64,000 nt of DNA from Nitrosopumilales archaeon (lineage in GTDB: Archaea; Thermoproteota; Nitrososphaeria; Nitrososphaerales; Nitrosopumilaceae): NCBI GenBank assembly GCA_016276965.1, contig JADNRU010000001.1:14499-78498 (forward strand), read 5' to 3'. The notes under the pieces are model-generated. The model was given only the letters and a program-made list of their open reading frames with translations. It had not been told where the DNA came from and did no database searches. Both the position numbers and the translations under genes were made by a program. Shown here piece after piece: positions 45,300 through 54,899 of the stretch. Positions within the stretch are counted from its first letter, which is position 1. Every line of letters starts with the position of its first letter.

Positions 45300-45822
45300 T
45301 CATTTTAGAAAGAGACCAAGTAGCCGTATTGATAATTTCATTTACCCTTTCTTTCTGACGATAATTCTTGATAATTATCTCTCTAATGTTGGCACCCGTC
45401 TTGTTTACAATACAGTCGATGACAGATTCCTTTTGTATCCTACCATTTTCCGCATCAATGTCATCTTTTCTTTTCATCTCACCAATTATTCTATCAATGA
45501 AAAATGACTGGAATGGAGGAGTATCTGCAGGTAAAACTACATCATCTTCTAAAATAATGGAAACTTGCTCTGGAGTAACATAGGCATTTGCAATTACTGA
45601 ACCGTCTCCACTTCTTATTATGGGTATCAAAGAATCTGATTTTGTAGCTTTAACAGGACTAATTGTGGATGCTTTGGTAAAGCTTCCTTGTTTAAGAATC
45701 AAATTTAAAACTCCCAAATTTTTCTCAAGATTTTCAATTTCTTCTTTATGTTTTTCTATCTGCTCAGATATTTGATCCCTTAGTCCTAATATATCACGCA
45801 TTTGTTCTTCTGAAAACTCCAC
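45280..45822 (-). CDS. Hypothetical protein (N-terminal coiled coil), co-oriented and overlapping with guaA
   Basis: 180-aa ORF. Its stop overlaps the guaA start by 20 nt, and its start is 25 nt after the mptE-like gene. Confidence 0.55.
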   Translation of the reverse strand: MEFSEEQMRDILGLRDQISEQIEKHKEEIENLEKNLGVLNLILKQGSFTKASTISPVKATKSDSLIPIIRSGDGSVIANAYVTPEQVSIILEDDVVLPADTPPFQSFFIDRIIGEMKRKDDIDAENGRIQKESVIDCIVNKTGANIREIIIKNYRQKERVNEIINTATWSLSKMIDNSKK

Positions 45823-45846
45823 GATTATAATCAGGAAGATACTGTA

Positions 45847-46599
45847 TTAAAACGCATTCTCATTAAGAAGTATTTTTTTTACTTCTTTGTAGCGAATTTT
45901 TTTGAAACCTTTTATTGGCTTTGAGGTAGTATAGAGACCCTTCGAATTTTTGGAAGCTAACCATTCAAGAAGTTTTTTTCCTCTTCTTAGTTTTTTTAGT
46001 TTAAGTTTTTTATTTGAAATTTTTAGTTTGGAATATTTTCCAATTTTTGTTCCAAAGTCCATTCCAAATAGAATTATTTTTTTTGCATTAAAATGAGTAG
46101 CAAGAAAAACACATCTATCTCCATCTGTAAAACCTCCAAAATTGTAAATTTTTCCTATAGATTCAGTTTGTGTAGTTCCTATACAATTTTTGAAAAATTT
46201 AACTAAATCTAATTTATCAAAATTGTCTGCATGTGCATGAACTACAACTATTGTTTTTGTTTTTCCAACTTTGGTTAAAGATTTGATATCTCCGTCAAGA
46301 TCAGATACCACAATGTCTGGCATGATATTATTTTCAAGTAAGGCTTTAGTTGCACCATCAGCCACAATTTTCGTAACTTTTTTGTATTTTTTTAAAATTG
46401 TTATAGAAGATAAAAGAGATGGGCCTGCTCCCACTACAAAAACTGGTTGATTATAAATTAATTTCTTGAAATTTTTTAATCGAAATCCATTTTTTAGAAG
46501 AGAATTTAACATTCGGGCGGATTCTAAATCTTCTTTTTTACTGTAACCAAATTCCCTAATTATTTCAGAATATCTTGATTTCCAACCGGAGATTGTCAT
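45847..46599 (-). CDS. mptE: 6-hydroxymethyl-7,8-dihydropterin pyrophosphokinase, archaeal MptE (DUF115) type
   Basis: PVFVVGAGPSL, VVSDLDGD and the FGMDFG-type C-terminal region are typical of DUF115/MptE. It is divergent from folP. The start is set at the ATG at 46599. Confidence 0.7.
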   Translation of the reverse strand: MTISGWKSRYSEIIREFGYSKKEDLESARMLNSLLKNGFRLKNFKKLIYNQPVFVVGAGPSLLSSITILKKYKKVTKIVADGATKALLENNIMPDIVVSDLDGDIKSLTKVGKTKTIVVVHAHADNFDKLDLVKFFKNCIGTTQTESIGKIYNFGGFTDGDRCVFLATHFNAKKIILFGMDFGTKIGKYSKLKISNKKLKLKKLRRGKKLLEWLASKNSKGLYTTSKPIKGFKKIRYKEVKKILLNENAF

Positions 46600-46633
46600 A
46601 TAACTCAAATTGGTATGCCTTATCATAAATCAT

Positions 46634-47515
46634 ATGAATAAACTAGGATCTGTTTTTGTTGGATTACCAAATCCTGTAAGAATCATGGCAATACTAAACA
46701 CAAGTCCAGAATCTTTTTATAAAAAATCGATTATGACAAATAAAAAAAAGATTTTGACGGCTATTCGGAATATGGAAGAACAAGGTGCAGACTTTATTGA
46801 TGTTGGTGGAATGTCTACTGCCCCTTATTTACCAACTACAGTATCGGAGAAGATTGAATCAAAACGCATTACTAACGCAATAAAAATAATTCAACAGGTT
46901 TCTAATATTCCAATTTCTGTTGATACCTGTAGGGCAAGTGTAGCTAAGGATGCTTTAGAATTAGGTGTTGATATTCTTAATGACATTTCAGGACTCAAAT
47001 ACGATAAAAACATGCCTAAGATAGTTGAAAAATATCAACCCTCTCTAGTTCTTTGTGCTTTTAGTAAAAAACAAATTCGTGGAAATCATGTAAAAAATAC
47101 TAAAAAATTATTGAAACACAGTTTGACAATAGCCAACTCTGCTAATATTTCTAAAAAAAAAATTGTGTTGGATCCAGCAATTGGTTTTTTCAGAAAAAGT
47201 GGCAAAGGAAATTTTTTTACAAAAATAAATTCAGATTGGTTAGATAGAGATCTTCAAATTTTAGAAAATTTAAAATTATTAAAATTAGGTCAACCTTTAC
47301 TTGTATCTGTTTCAAATAAATCATTTATTGGAAAAATATTAAAAAAAGAAAATCCAACAGATCGACTTTATGGATCATTAGCTGCTGAATCAGTCTCTGT
47401 ACTAAATGGTGCAGATATAATCCGTACTCACAATGTGGGTGAAACAAAAGATGTGGTTGTATTTGTTCAAAAATTAGCTCAGAAAAAAACAAGAAAGGCT
47501 TATAACGCTTCATAA
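46634..47515 (+). CDS. folP: Dihydropteroate synthase (pterin-binding domain)
   Basis: IMAILNTSPESFY, GADFIDVGGMST, SVDT, LNDISG and VSNKSFIG motifs. The start is set at the ATG at 46634; the track TTG at 46610 would overlap mptE. Confidence 0.85.
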   Translation: MNKLGSVFVGLPNPVRIMAILNTSPESFYKKSIMTNKKKILTAIRNMEEQGADFIDVGGMSTAPYLPTTVSEKIESKRITNAIKIIQQVSNIPISVDTCRASVAKDALELGVDILNDISGLKYDKNMPKIVEKYQPSLVLCAFSKKQIRGNHVKNTKKLLKHSLTIANSANISKKKIVLDPAIGFFRKSGKGNFFTKINSDWLDRDLQILENLKLLKLGQPLLVSVSNKSFIGKILKKENPTDRLYGSLAAESVSVLNGADIIRTHNVGETKDVVVFVQKLAQKKTRKAYNAS

Positions 47516-47534
47516 ATCATGACTATAGGTTTCA

Positions 47535-48968
47535 TTGGAGTTCAAAGAAGGATTAACGTTTGATGACGTTCTCCTTGTACCTAAATTTTCTGATATTACA
47601 AGTAGGGCTCAAACTAACTTGGAAACAAAACTTTCCAAAAACATTTCACTTAATATTCCTCTGATCAGCGCCAATATGGATACAATAACTGAATCTGGTA
47701 TGGCAATTGCTATGGCTCGCCAAGGCGGTTTAGGAATTATTCATAGATTTCTTACCGTCAAAGAAGAAGCTAATGAAATACTAAAAGTAAAACGATCAGG
47801 AAGTGTAATGATTGAAAATCCATATGTAATTGGCCCTGAAAAAACCGTTGAAGAAGCAATTTCTTACATGCAAGAAAAGGGAGTACACGGACTTTTGGTT
47901 ACAGATTCTGAATCAAAACTAACTGGTATACTTACTCGTAGAGACGTAATGTTCGAATCAAAATCTAATCAATTAGTCAAAGACGTAATGACCAAAGATG
48001 TTATCACCGCAAAGCCTGGAATTAGTTTAGATGATGCAAAAGAAACTTTACGGAAACATAGAATTGAAAAATTGCCTTTGATTGATGAATCAGGTCTCAT
48101 TAAGGGTTTGATCACAAGTAAAGATATTACAAATATTGAAAATTATCCATCTGCTTCAAAGGATAAGAAAGGAAGACCTCTTGTGGGTGCTGCAGTAGGT
48201 GTTAAAGGAGATTTCATGGAAAGAACAGAAGCCCTACTTGAATCGGGTGCTGACGTTATTGTTGTTGATATTGCGCATGGTCATAGTGAGAATGCTGTTA
48301 ACACAATTCATCACATTAAGAAAGCATTTCCAGATACGGAATTAATTGCTGGAAATGTTGCCACTGCCAAAGGAACAGAAGACTTGATCAAAGCAGGAGT
48401 TAATGCAGTAAAAGTTGGTGTTGGTTCTGGCTCAATTTGTATTACACGAGTGGTGACTGGTTCTGGTGTTCCTCAACTAACTGCAGTTATGGATTGTGCT
48501 CAAGTAGGAAGAAAACATGACATTCCAATAATTTCTGATGGGGGAATAAGAACATCTGGAGATGTAACAAAGGCTTTAGCAGCTGGTGCATCTTCGGTAA
48601 TGGTTGGTAGCATACTTGGAGGTACAGATGAAAGTCCTGGTTCATTTATGTCTAAAAATGGAAAACGATTCAAAATTTATCGTGGTATGGCGTCATTTTA
48701 TGCCTCCTTAGGTAGAAAGTCAAAAGAAAATGGGAACGTTTCCATCGAAGACGATCTTAATGACTATGTTGCAGAAGGTGTTGAAGCAATGGTTCCTTAC
48801 AAAGGTAGTGTAAAGGATATTTTAAAACAACTTACTGGCGGGGTTCGTTCAGGTCTTAGTTATTGTGGAGCACACACCATTAAACAGATGCAGGAAAATG
48901 CAGAATTTATTAAAATATCCGGAGCCGGTTTTGCAGAAAGCCAACCACACGACGTTTCTTTAATGTAG
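47535..48968 (+). CDS. guaB: Inosine-5'-monophosphate dehydrogenase with a CBS pair
   Basis: [10 protein letters not shown], the CBS region, [12 protein letters not shown] (catalytic Cys) and GGIRTSGD. Confidence 0.95.
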   Translation: MEFKEGLTFDDVLLVPKFSDITSRAQTNLETKLSKNISLNIPLISANMDTITESGMAIAMARQGGLGIIHRFLTVKEEANEILKVKRSGSVMIENPYVIGPEKTVEEAISYMQEKGVHGLLVTDSESKLTGILTRRDVMFESKSNQLVKDVMTKDVITAKPGISLDDAKETLRKHRIEKLPLIDESGLIKGLITSKDITNIENYPSASKDKKGRPLVGAAVGVKGDFMERTEALLESGADVIVVDIAHGHSENAVNTIHHIKKAFPDTELIAGNVATAKGTEDLIKAGVNAVKVGVGSGSICITRVVTGSGVPQLTAVMDCAQVGRKHDIPIISDGGIRTSGDVTKALAAGASSVMVGSILGGTDESPGSFMSKNGKRFKIYRGMASFYASLGRKSKENGNVSIEDDLNDYVAEGVEAMVPYKGSVKDILKQLTGGVRSGLSYCGAHTIKQMQENAEFIKISGAGFAESQPHDVSLM

Positions 48969-49042
48969 CTAATTTTTTATTCACCTTCTATTAAGAGATT
49001 TTACATAAACCCTGTAAATAACGAATAATTATTCTATTTTTT

Positions 49043-49510
49043 GTGTTAACTAAAATAACGATAATTGGAATAGTAGTTGGGGCAATAATTACAGCTATCG
49101 GCGTCGTTGCTTTGTTTTCATCATTTGGTCTTCAAACCGTTAAAGTAGATGAAACTTTTGCAATTGGAGAATCAACAACTTACTCATTTCAAGCTCCCGC
49201 ACATGCAATACAATATCTGAATATTACCGGAAAAAGTTTTGATGTAGAACTAAAAACACCTTATGGAGGATTGCAAATACCACGTGATACTTTCAAAGAT
49301 GATTTGAGCCTTGAATGGGTTCATCTAATAGATGGTCAATCTATACTAGAAATCCAAAATACGGGTGATTCAGAGTTACGCGTTTACGGAACTATTGAGA
49401 CAGTAACTGATCCTATAATGTTTAGTTATCATATTATCGTAATTGTAACTGGTTTGGTAATAATTGGTTTTAGTTCTGGCTTTAGTGCACGAAAACCACG
49501 TGGTTTCTAG
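49043..49510 (+). CDS. Membrane protein, N- and C-terminal TM helices flanking a beta-rich extracytoplasmic domain
   Basis: 155 aa (GTG start). IIGIVVGAIITAIGVVALF ... IIVIVTGLVIIGFSSGF, followed by a basic tail. Confidence 0.5.
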   Translation: MLTKITIIGIVVGAIITAIGVVALFSSFGLQTVKVDETFAIGESTTYSFQAPAHAIQYLNITGKSFDVELKTPYGGLQIPRDTFKDDLSLEWVHLIDGQSILEIQNTGDSELRVYGTIETVTDPIMFSYHIIVIVTGLVIIGFSSGFSARKPRGF

Positions 49511-50331
49511 GTTAGCTCAGCTCTTGGATAGGAACCTATAATTTTTAAAAAGATTGTATTTTCTTTAATTTTACTTAGCATTTCTTTTACATTTGTATAG
49601 TCTTCATGTCCCTCAAAATCTAGATAGAAATTATATTCCCATGCGGTACTTTTTTTAGGCCTAGACTCGATCTTGGTTAAATTGATACAATAATCATTAA
49701 TTATTTTAATAATATTATGTAACGCACCTGGTTCGTGTTTTATAGAAAAAATAATAGATGTTTTGTCTTTTTTTGTTTCATGAGTTTTCTGTTTTGATAG
49801 AACCAAAAATCTTGTGTAATTGTTTGAATGATCTTCTATTCCCTCTTTAACTACTGGTACTTGAAAAATTTCTGAGGCCTCTTTGCTCGCAATACATGCA
49901 ATATTTTTTTTATTAATTTCCTTGATTATCTTGACGCTGCCTGCAGTATCATAGGTTGGAACAGTCTTCAAATTATGTTCTTGAATAAATTTTCGACATT
50001 GACCTAGTGCCTGAGGATGGGAATAAACAGTGTCTATTTCATTAATTGAATCAAATCCAATTAAGCAATGTCTAATTCTATGATAAATTTCTCCAACAGA
50101 ATTAAGAGTTGTAGTGTAAAGAAGGTCATAGCTTTCCCCAACACTTCCTTCGAGTGAATTTTCTACAGGTAATATAGAATAGTCTGTTTTTTCATTTTCT
50201 GTTTGTTCTATTACATCAGCAAATGTGAGTAGAGGTACAGATTCTATTTTTTCATCAAAAAAACTAATTGCAGCAGCTTCACTATATGCACCACGTTCTC
50301 CTTGGAACGAAACACGGATCATGCTACTCAC
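49507..50331 (-). CDS. pheA: Prephenate dehydratase with a C-terminal ACT domain
   Basis: FQGERGAYSE, PVENSLEGSV, TRFLVL and ESRP motifs. Confidence 0.85.
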   Translation of the reverse strand: MSSMIRVSFQGERGAYSEAAAISFFDEKIESVPLLTFADVIEQTENEKTDYSILPVENSLEGSVGESYDLLYTTTLNSVGEIYHRIRHCLIGFDSINEIDTVYSHPQALGQCRKFIQEHNLKTVPTYDTAGSVKIIKEINKKNIACIASKEASEIFQVPVVKEGIEDHSNNYTRFLVLSKQKTHETKKDKTSIIFSIKHEPGALHNIIKIINDYCINLTKIESRPKKSTAWEYNFYLDFEGHEDYTNVKEMLSKIKENTIFLKIIGSYPRAELT

Positions 50332-50875
50332 CTAGTTTTACAAAATCACTTTTTCCAAAATTTTTAGATAATTTTCGATCATCTATCCAATTGCAATCAG
50401 TGCATTTTATAGCATCACGCATTTGGATTACATGTCCACCGCATTTTTTGCATTTAGTGAACAAAACTCCTAACTCTGGTTCGTTAATTGTTGCATGGAT
50501 GGTACCATTTAGGTGATTAATTATTTTTAGTACCACAATATCATTTACTAACGCTACAGATTTTTTCCTAAGGTTTCTAGTTGGGCAAATACATTCTACA
50601 TGAGAATTTATTGGTTTATTGTTAATGTAATCTATTGAGATAGCCATCATTGAAGACATAACAGCAGCTACAGTACCAATTACAATATCATTTATTTGAG
50701 GTACTGATAGCAATTTGGAATTTCTAACTTGGACAATACGATTTTTCTTATCTATCTCGGTTGTTCCTATTACTGTGGATCTTACATTATGTCCATCATC
50801 AAAGGTGTTTTTACCTGATTCATATTCTTCAATAATGGCAATTTTATCACCAGGAAAAGTTACATCATCAGACAA
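50324..50875 (-). CDS. csl4: Exosome complex RNA-binding protein Csl4 (S1 domain + zinc ribbon)
   Basis: 183 aa. N-terminus PGDKIAIIEEYESGKNTF, a central S1-like region and a C-terminal CKKCGGHV...IKCTDC ribbon. It overlaps pheA by 8 nt. Confidence 0.8.
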   Translation of the reverse strand: MSDDVTFPGDKIAIIEEYESGKNTFDDGHNVRSTVIGTTEIDKKNRIVQVRNSKLLSVPQINDIVIGTVAAVMSSMMAISIDYINNKPINSHVECICPTRNLRKKSVALVNDIVVLKIINHLNGTIHATINEPELGVLFTKCKKCGGHVIQMRDAIKCTDCNWIDDRKLSKNFGKSDFVKLGE

Positions 50876-50990
50876 TGGGCTGTTTTTTTTGTTGATGATT
50901 ATAATTGTTTATGGAATCTAATCTCAAATTTGATGTAAATTGGAAATAATCTGGAAAATTAGTTTAATACTAATTTATAATTTCTATCAT

Positions 50991-51185
50991 ATGGCAAAAT
51001 TTAGTAATGTAAAAAATTTTATTTTAATTAAAATTGGTAACAAAGTTTTGCATAAAAATTACGATGATCACAAAATAGTTCGATGTCCAATATGTAATCG
51101 TGAAATCCAACCTTACTGGGAACCTCGATATAATGGAGTCCGGGCTACGTGTAATATTTGTGGAACAAATTGGCAAGAATCTTAG
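50991..51185 (+). CDS. Small zinc-ribbon protein (64 aa), paralogue of 30042..30206
   Basis: MAKFSNVKNF...HKIVRCPICNREIQPYWEPRYNGVRATCNICGTNWQES-stop. The ATG at 50991 is preferred over the track TTG at 50940. Confidence 0.5.
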   Translation: MAKFSNVKNFILIKIGNKVLHKNYDDHKIVRCPICNREIQPYWEPRYNGVRATCNICGTNWQES

Positions 51186-51193
51186 AATTAAAA

Positions 51194-52198
51194 CTATAAC
51201 CAGTGGGGTATCTGCATATATCCCTCTATACTTTCATTTCTTAGAATTTTCAATAGAGCAGTTGCTTGGGGTGTGGATAATAGAGGTTTATCAAAATGAT
51301 TATCTATAGAAATTCTTGGACAAGCGACTTGTATAAATGCGTCAATACCTTTCAAGTTTCTCAATCTTTCATTTGTAATATCAGTTAATGCAAACAACTG
51401 TACTTCTTTTCCTTCTTTTTCAAGTTCGCGTTTGAATTTGAGTGCTGTTAATTTTGATAATTGTCCTTCTTTAAGTCCTACAATAATTCCAAAAGTTTTC
51501 GCATCAGCAGCTTGATAAATAGCCAATGTTGCTTTTTTTTGTAATTTCTGAGCAAAATCCGTTACTTCATGGATTTCATTAAAGTAGGGATCAAGAACAT
51601 AGGTTGGTTTGTTAGTGGATAGAGCAATTCCTGCGGCATGAAAGTTACTTTGTCCTAAAAATACATTTACATCTACTTGGTCTTTAATTTCCATTGCAGG
51701 ATAAAATTCACATCCAAATACTTGCCCATCATTGAGTTGTCCTTTACCTTTTCCAATTTTTACCTTGATTCCACCGTCTTCCAAAATTTTCTGTACAGAT
51801 TCTATTTCATGAAGATGTTGGCTATCAGTAATGAGTGATATGGTTTTTCCTTTTAACATTTCAATAGATTTTTTTGCAATCTTTTCAAAAGAAATATCGT
51901 CAAATGCATCAATCATTACGATATTAGTTCCTAAATTATCCATGCTAATTGTGTGTCCAATATTAAAAAGAACTTCAGCACCTAGAACCTTTGCCCCACT
52001 TGTATTTAGATCACAAGAACCCCATGTAGCATCTGCCAAAACGTAGGCAGGAATACCAAACCTTTTCATTATATTTGAGGCAGTCTCTTGAACTTTAGGT
52101 AATAATCCATCCGGTGCATTTAATGCTACAGAAACCGGTTTTCTATTCTTAATTTCTTCAAAAATTGCTTCTTCATCAATTTTTATCATTTGTAACAT
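51194..52198 (-). CDS. dph2: Diphthamide synthesis protein Dph2 (2-(3-amino-3-carboxypropyl)histidine synthase)
   Basis: 334 aa. VALNAPDGLL, ADATWGSCD and CPRISID motifs of the radical-SAM-like Dph2 family. Confidence 0.85.
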   Translation of the reverse strand: MLQMIKIDEEAIFEEIKNRKPVSVALNAPDGLLPKVQETASNIMKRFGIPAYVLADATWGSCDLNTSGAKVLGAEVLFNIGHTISMDNLGTNIVMIDAFDDISFEKIAKKSIEMLKGKTISLITDSQHLHEIESVQKILEDGGIKVKIGKGKGQLNDGQVFGCEFYPAMEIKDQVDVNVFLGQSNFHAAGIALSTNKPTYVLDPYFNEIHEVTDFAQKLQKKATLAIYQAADAKTFGIIVGLKEGQLSKLTALKFKRELEKEGKEVQLFALTDITNERLRNLKGIDAFIQVACPRISIDNHFDKPLLSTPQATALLKILRNESIEGYMQIPHWL

Positions 52199-52271
52199 GT
52201 CCCACTCCTTTGAATTTAATTTAAACTAAGCTAGATTCCATGATAACCCAAAAATGTGTGTATAATAGAAA

Positions 52272-53609
52272 TTGTTTATGATGAATAAAATGTCTATTCT
52301 TCACATTGGTTTTGATGATACAGATTCTTCCAAGGCCATGTGTACTACTTACCTTGCATACAAAATTGTAAAATTTCTAGAAAACGAAAAGGTGGAATTT
52401 CTTGATTATCCATATTTGATTAGATTGAATCCAAATATCCCTTGGAAAACAAGAGGAAATGGTGCAATTGCACTTGCAATTAAAACACCTAATCCAAAAA
52501 AAATCAAAAACACGATTAAGCAATTAGTTTCTAAATATTCAGATATTAAGGGAGGAGCAAATCCAGGTTTAGTATTTTTTCAAAATTACAAAGTGCCTAA
52601 TAATTTTGTAAAGTTTAGTGAGCTTGCACTTTGGAAATTAATTAGCAGGAATTATGCTAAAAAATTTATTTCTGAAAATAATTTAGAAACAATATCATTT
52701 GGAAATGGTCAAGGAATTGTTGGCGCCATAGGAGCAATTGGTTATAAATTTCGTGACCATACTTTTGAGCTATTAAGCTACAGAAAAAAATCACACATTG
52801 GACAAAAAAGGAAAATTACTAAAGACAGTGTAAGAAAAATGCAAGAAAAAACATATCCAATAACTTTTAACAGCTATGATAAAAAAAAGGATAGAATTTT
52901 AATCACTCCTCATGGTCCTGATCCAGTTTTTTATGGTCTTAGAGGTGAAAATGCAAAATCAGTTATTGATGCATCACAAATGATTGTAACTGCTGAAAAA
53001 CTAGAAGGGTACATGACTTTTAAAACTAATCAGGGTACAGGAGACCATCTTAAACATGAACTTGAAGCTGATGACTTTAAACCATATACTTCTGGAACAG
53101 TAACTGGAACAGTATTAGAAAAACCTAAGATTGAACACGGTGGTCATGTTGTTTTTTCAATAAATAAAAATGGCCAAGAAATTAGATGTGCAGTTTATCG
53201 ACCAACAAAAATTACTATGATTGCAAAGGAACTAATTGCTGGAGATAAAATTCGGATAGGTGGAGGAGTAAGAAAAGCTTCCAAAACACATAATCGAATA
53301 TTAAATGTTGAAACATTTGAAATACTAAAACTTGAAAAAGATTTCCGCCTAGTAAACCCTCTTTGTTTGAACTGTAATAAGAGAATGAAATCAAAGGGAC
53401 AAAAACAAGGATTTCAATGTATTAAATGCGGTGAAAAATCTGCTAATAAATCAATTTTGGAAATTCCTCGAAAGATTAAACAGCAATTATACATTCCATC
53501 AGTATCTGCACATAGACATTTGAGTCGACCAATGCAACGTTATGGAAAAGTAAACAAGGACTCTAAAATTGATTCAAATCTTCGTTGGTTTCATATTTAC
53601 AAAAATTAA
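52272..53609 (+). CDS. tiaS: tRNA(Ile2) 2-agmatinylcytidine synthetase TiaS
   Basis: LHIGFDDTDS at the N-terminus, an OB-fold region and a C-terminal zinc ribbon CLNCNKRMKSKGQKQGFQCIKCG. The start may be the ATG at 52290. Confidence 0.8.
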   Translation: MFMMNKMSILHIGFDDTDSSKAMCTTYLAYKIVKFLENEKVEFLDYPYLIRLNPNIPWKTRGNGAIALAIKTPNPKKIKNTIKQLVSKYSDIKGGANPGLVFFQNYKVPNNFVKFSELALWKLISRNYAKKFISENNLETISFGNGQGIVGAIGAIGYKFRDHTFELLSYRKKSHIGQKRKITKDSVRKMQEKTYPITFNSYDKKKDRILITPHGPDPVFYGLRGENAKSVIDASQMIVTAEKLEGYMTFKTNQGTGDHLKHELEADDFKPYTSGTVTGTVLEKPKIEHGGHVVFSINKNGQEIRCAVYRPTKITMIAKELIAGDKIRIGGGVRKASKTHNRILNVETFEILKLEKDFRLVNPLCLNCNKRMKSKGQKQGFQCIKCGEKSANKSILEIPRKIKQQLYIPSVSAHRHLSRPMQRYGKVNKDSKIDSNLRWFHIYKN

Positions 53610-53610
53610 C

Positions 53611-53717
53611 TAGCGGGGAGTAGATTTGAACTACTGATTTGCGGGTATCTCATCAGTAATGATTATGAGCCCGCCGGGATGACTTAGCCCATAGTAGTCT
53701 GACTTCCCCACCCCGCT
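53611..53717 (-). tRNA. tRNA-Met (anticodon CAU), probably the initiator, with a 17-nt canonical anticodon-loop intron and ~15 extra nt in the D-loop
   Basis: Folded by hand. Acceptor AGCGGGG/CCCCGCU (A1:U72); D-stem GGGA/UCCC; anticodon stem GCGGG/CCCGC with three G-C pairs next to loop CUCAUA-[intron]-A. Anticodon CAU is at 53665-53667. T-arm AGUAG-UUCAAAU-CUACU; discriminator A; CCA is not encoded. Confidence 0.8.
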
Positions 53718-53800
53718 AATTCAAAGCAAGTTTCAGGGTGATATATACGCTTTATCAAAAACTTGGAAATGATTAAAAGTATTCAAAAAGTTTTTCCGAT

Positions 53801-54898
53801 GTGGACAAAAAATTAAGAATTGTAGGAATCATTGCAGCTCTTGCAGTTTCTGTTTTAATACTTTCTTCTCCTTATGAACCTCCACCAATTCCGGAACCAA
53901 ACTTACAAGAATCTGAAAATGAATTTGTAGAAATTTTAGCAACAAATCTAAAAAAACCATGGGCAATAGCTTTAGCAGGTGATAGAATTTTTATCACAGA
54001 AAAAAATGGAAAAGTAAGAGTTTTTGAATCAAATACATTGCTTGATGAACCTCTAGCTACTCTTAGGACTGTAGATGTTTTTGATGGAGGACTTCTTGGA
54101 ATTACAGTTCATCCAGATTTTGCAAATAATCACTTTCTTTATGTATATTATACCTATGAAGAGGATGGAGAACTTTGGAATAAAATTCTCAAAATTAAAG
54201 AATCTGAAAACAAACTTCAAGACGCAGAAACCATCTTAGATAAAATTCCGGGATCTAAATTCAGCAATGGAGGAGTTTTGAAATTTGGGCCAGATAACAA
54301 ACTTTATGTTTCAACAGGTGCAGGTTTGGATTCTTCTCATGCTGCTCAAGATCTGAATTCATTGGCAGGAAAAATTTTGCGATTAAATGATGATGGGTCT
54401 TTCCCAGATGATAATCCTTTTCCAAATTCTCCAATTTTTTCATATGGACATAGTAATCCCCGTGGAATGGCCTGGGATAAAAATGGAAGTCTCTATGTTT
54501 CAGAATTGGGACCTTCTAAGAACGATGAAATTAACTTAGTTCGAGTCGGACAAAATTACGGTTGGCCAATCCAACAATGTTCAAATGGTGAAGAATTTGT
54601 TGATGCAATCGCTTGCTATGACCCAAGGATAGAACCAGGGGGGATTGTATTTTATGTGGGTGATAAATTGGACCTACAAAATGATATGATTATGGCTGTA
54701 ATGGCTCCAAAGCATCTTGACAAATTAGAAATTAATGAAAATGGCATAATTTCACAAAACAGCATATTGAGCGGCTTGGGAAGAATTCGTGATGTAATGG
54801 AAGGGGCAGATGGCTATCTTTATCTAATTACTTCAAATACTGATGGAAAAGGATTTCCAGATAGTAAAGATGATAGATTAGTGAGGATTCTAAAGTAA
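53801..54898 (+). CDS. PQQ-dependent soluble aldose/sorbosone dehydrogenase-like beta-propeller protein, membrane-anchored or secreted
   Basis: GTG start. N-terminal helix IVGIIAALAVSVLIL. Motifs PWAIA, ITEKNGKVRV, HPDF..NHFLYVYYT, GGVLKFGPDNKLYV, GKILRLNDDGSFPDDNPF and YGHSNPRGMAWD. Confidence 0.8.
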   Translation: MDKKLRIVGIIAALAVSVLILSSPYEPPPIPEPNLQESENEFVEILATNLKKPWAIALAGDRIFITEKNGKVRVFESNTLLDEPLATLRTVDVFDGGLLGITVHPDFANNHFLYVYYTYEEDGELWNKILKIKESENKLQDAETILDKIPGSKFSNGGVLKFGPDNKLYVSTGAGLDSSHAAQDLNSLAGKILRLNDDGSFPDDNPFPNSPIFSYGHSNPRGMAWDKNGSLYVSELGPSKNDEINLVRVGQNYGWPIQQCSNGEEFVDAIACYDPRIEPGGIVFYVGDKLDLQNDMIMAVMAPKHLDKLEINENGIISQNSILSGLGRIRDVMEGADGYLYLITSNTDGKGFPDSKDDRLVRILK

Positions 54899-54899
54899 A

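Noticed and set aside
53611-53717. Assigning the CAU tRNA as tRNA-Ile2, the substrate of the adjacent TiaS
   Set aside because: The A1:U72 pair and the G29-G31:C39-C41 run are initiator tRNA-Met signatures. The adjacency with tiaS is convergent and probably coincidental. Identity cannot be settled without comparison with the genome's other CAU tRNAs.
53560-53860. Integrated element or integrase at the tRNA gene
   Set aside because: Both flanks are ordinary housekeeping-type genes (tiaS, and a PQQ-type dehydrogenase). No integrase, no direct repeat of the tRNA 3' end and no compositional break were seen.
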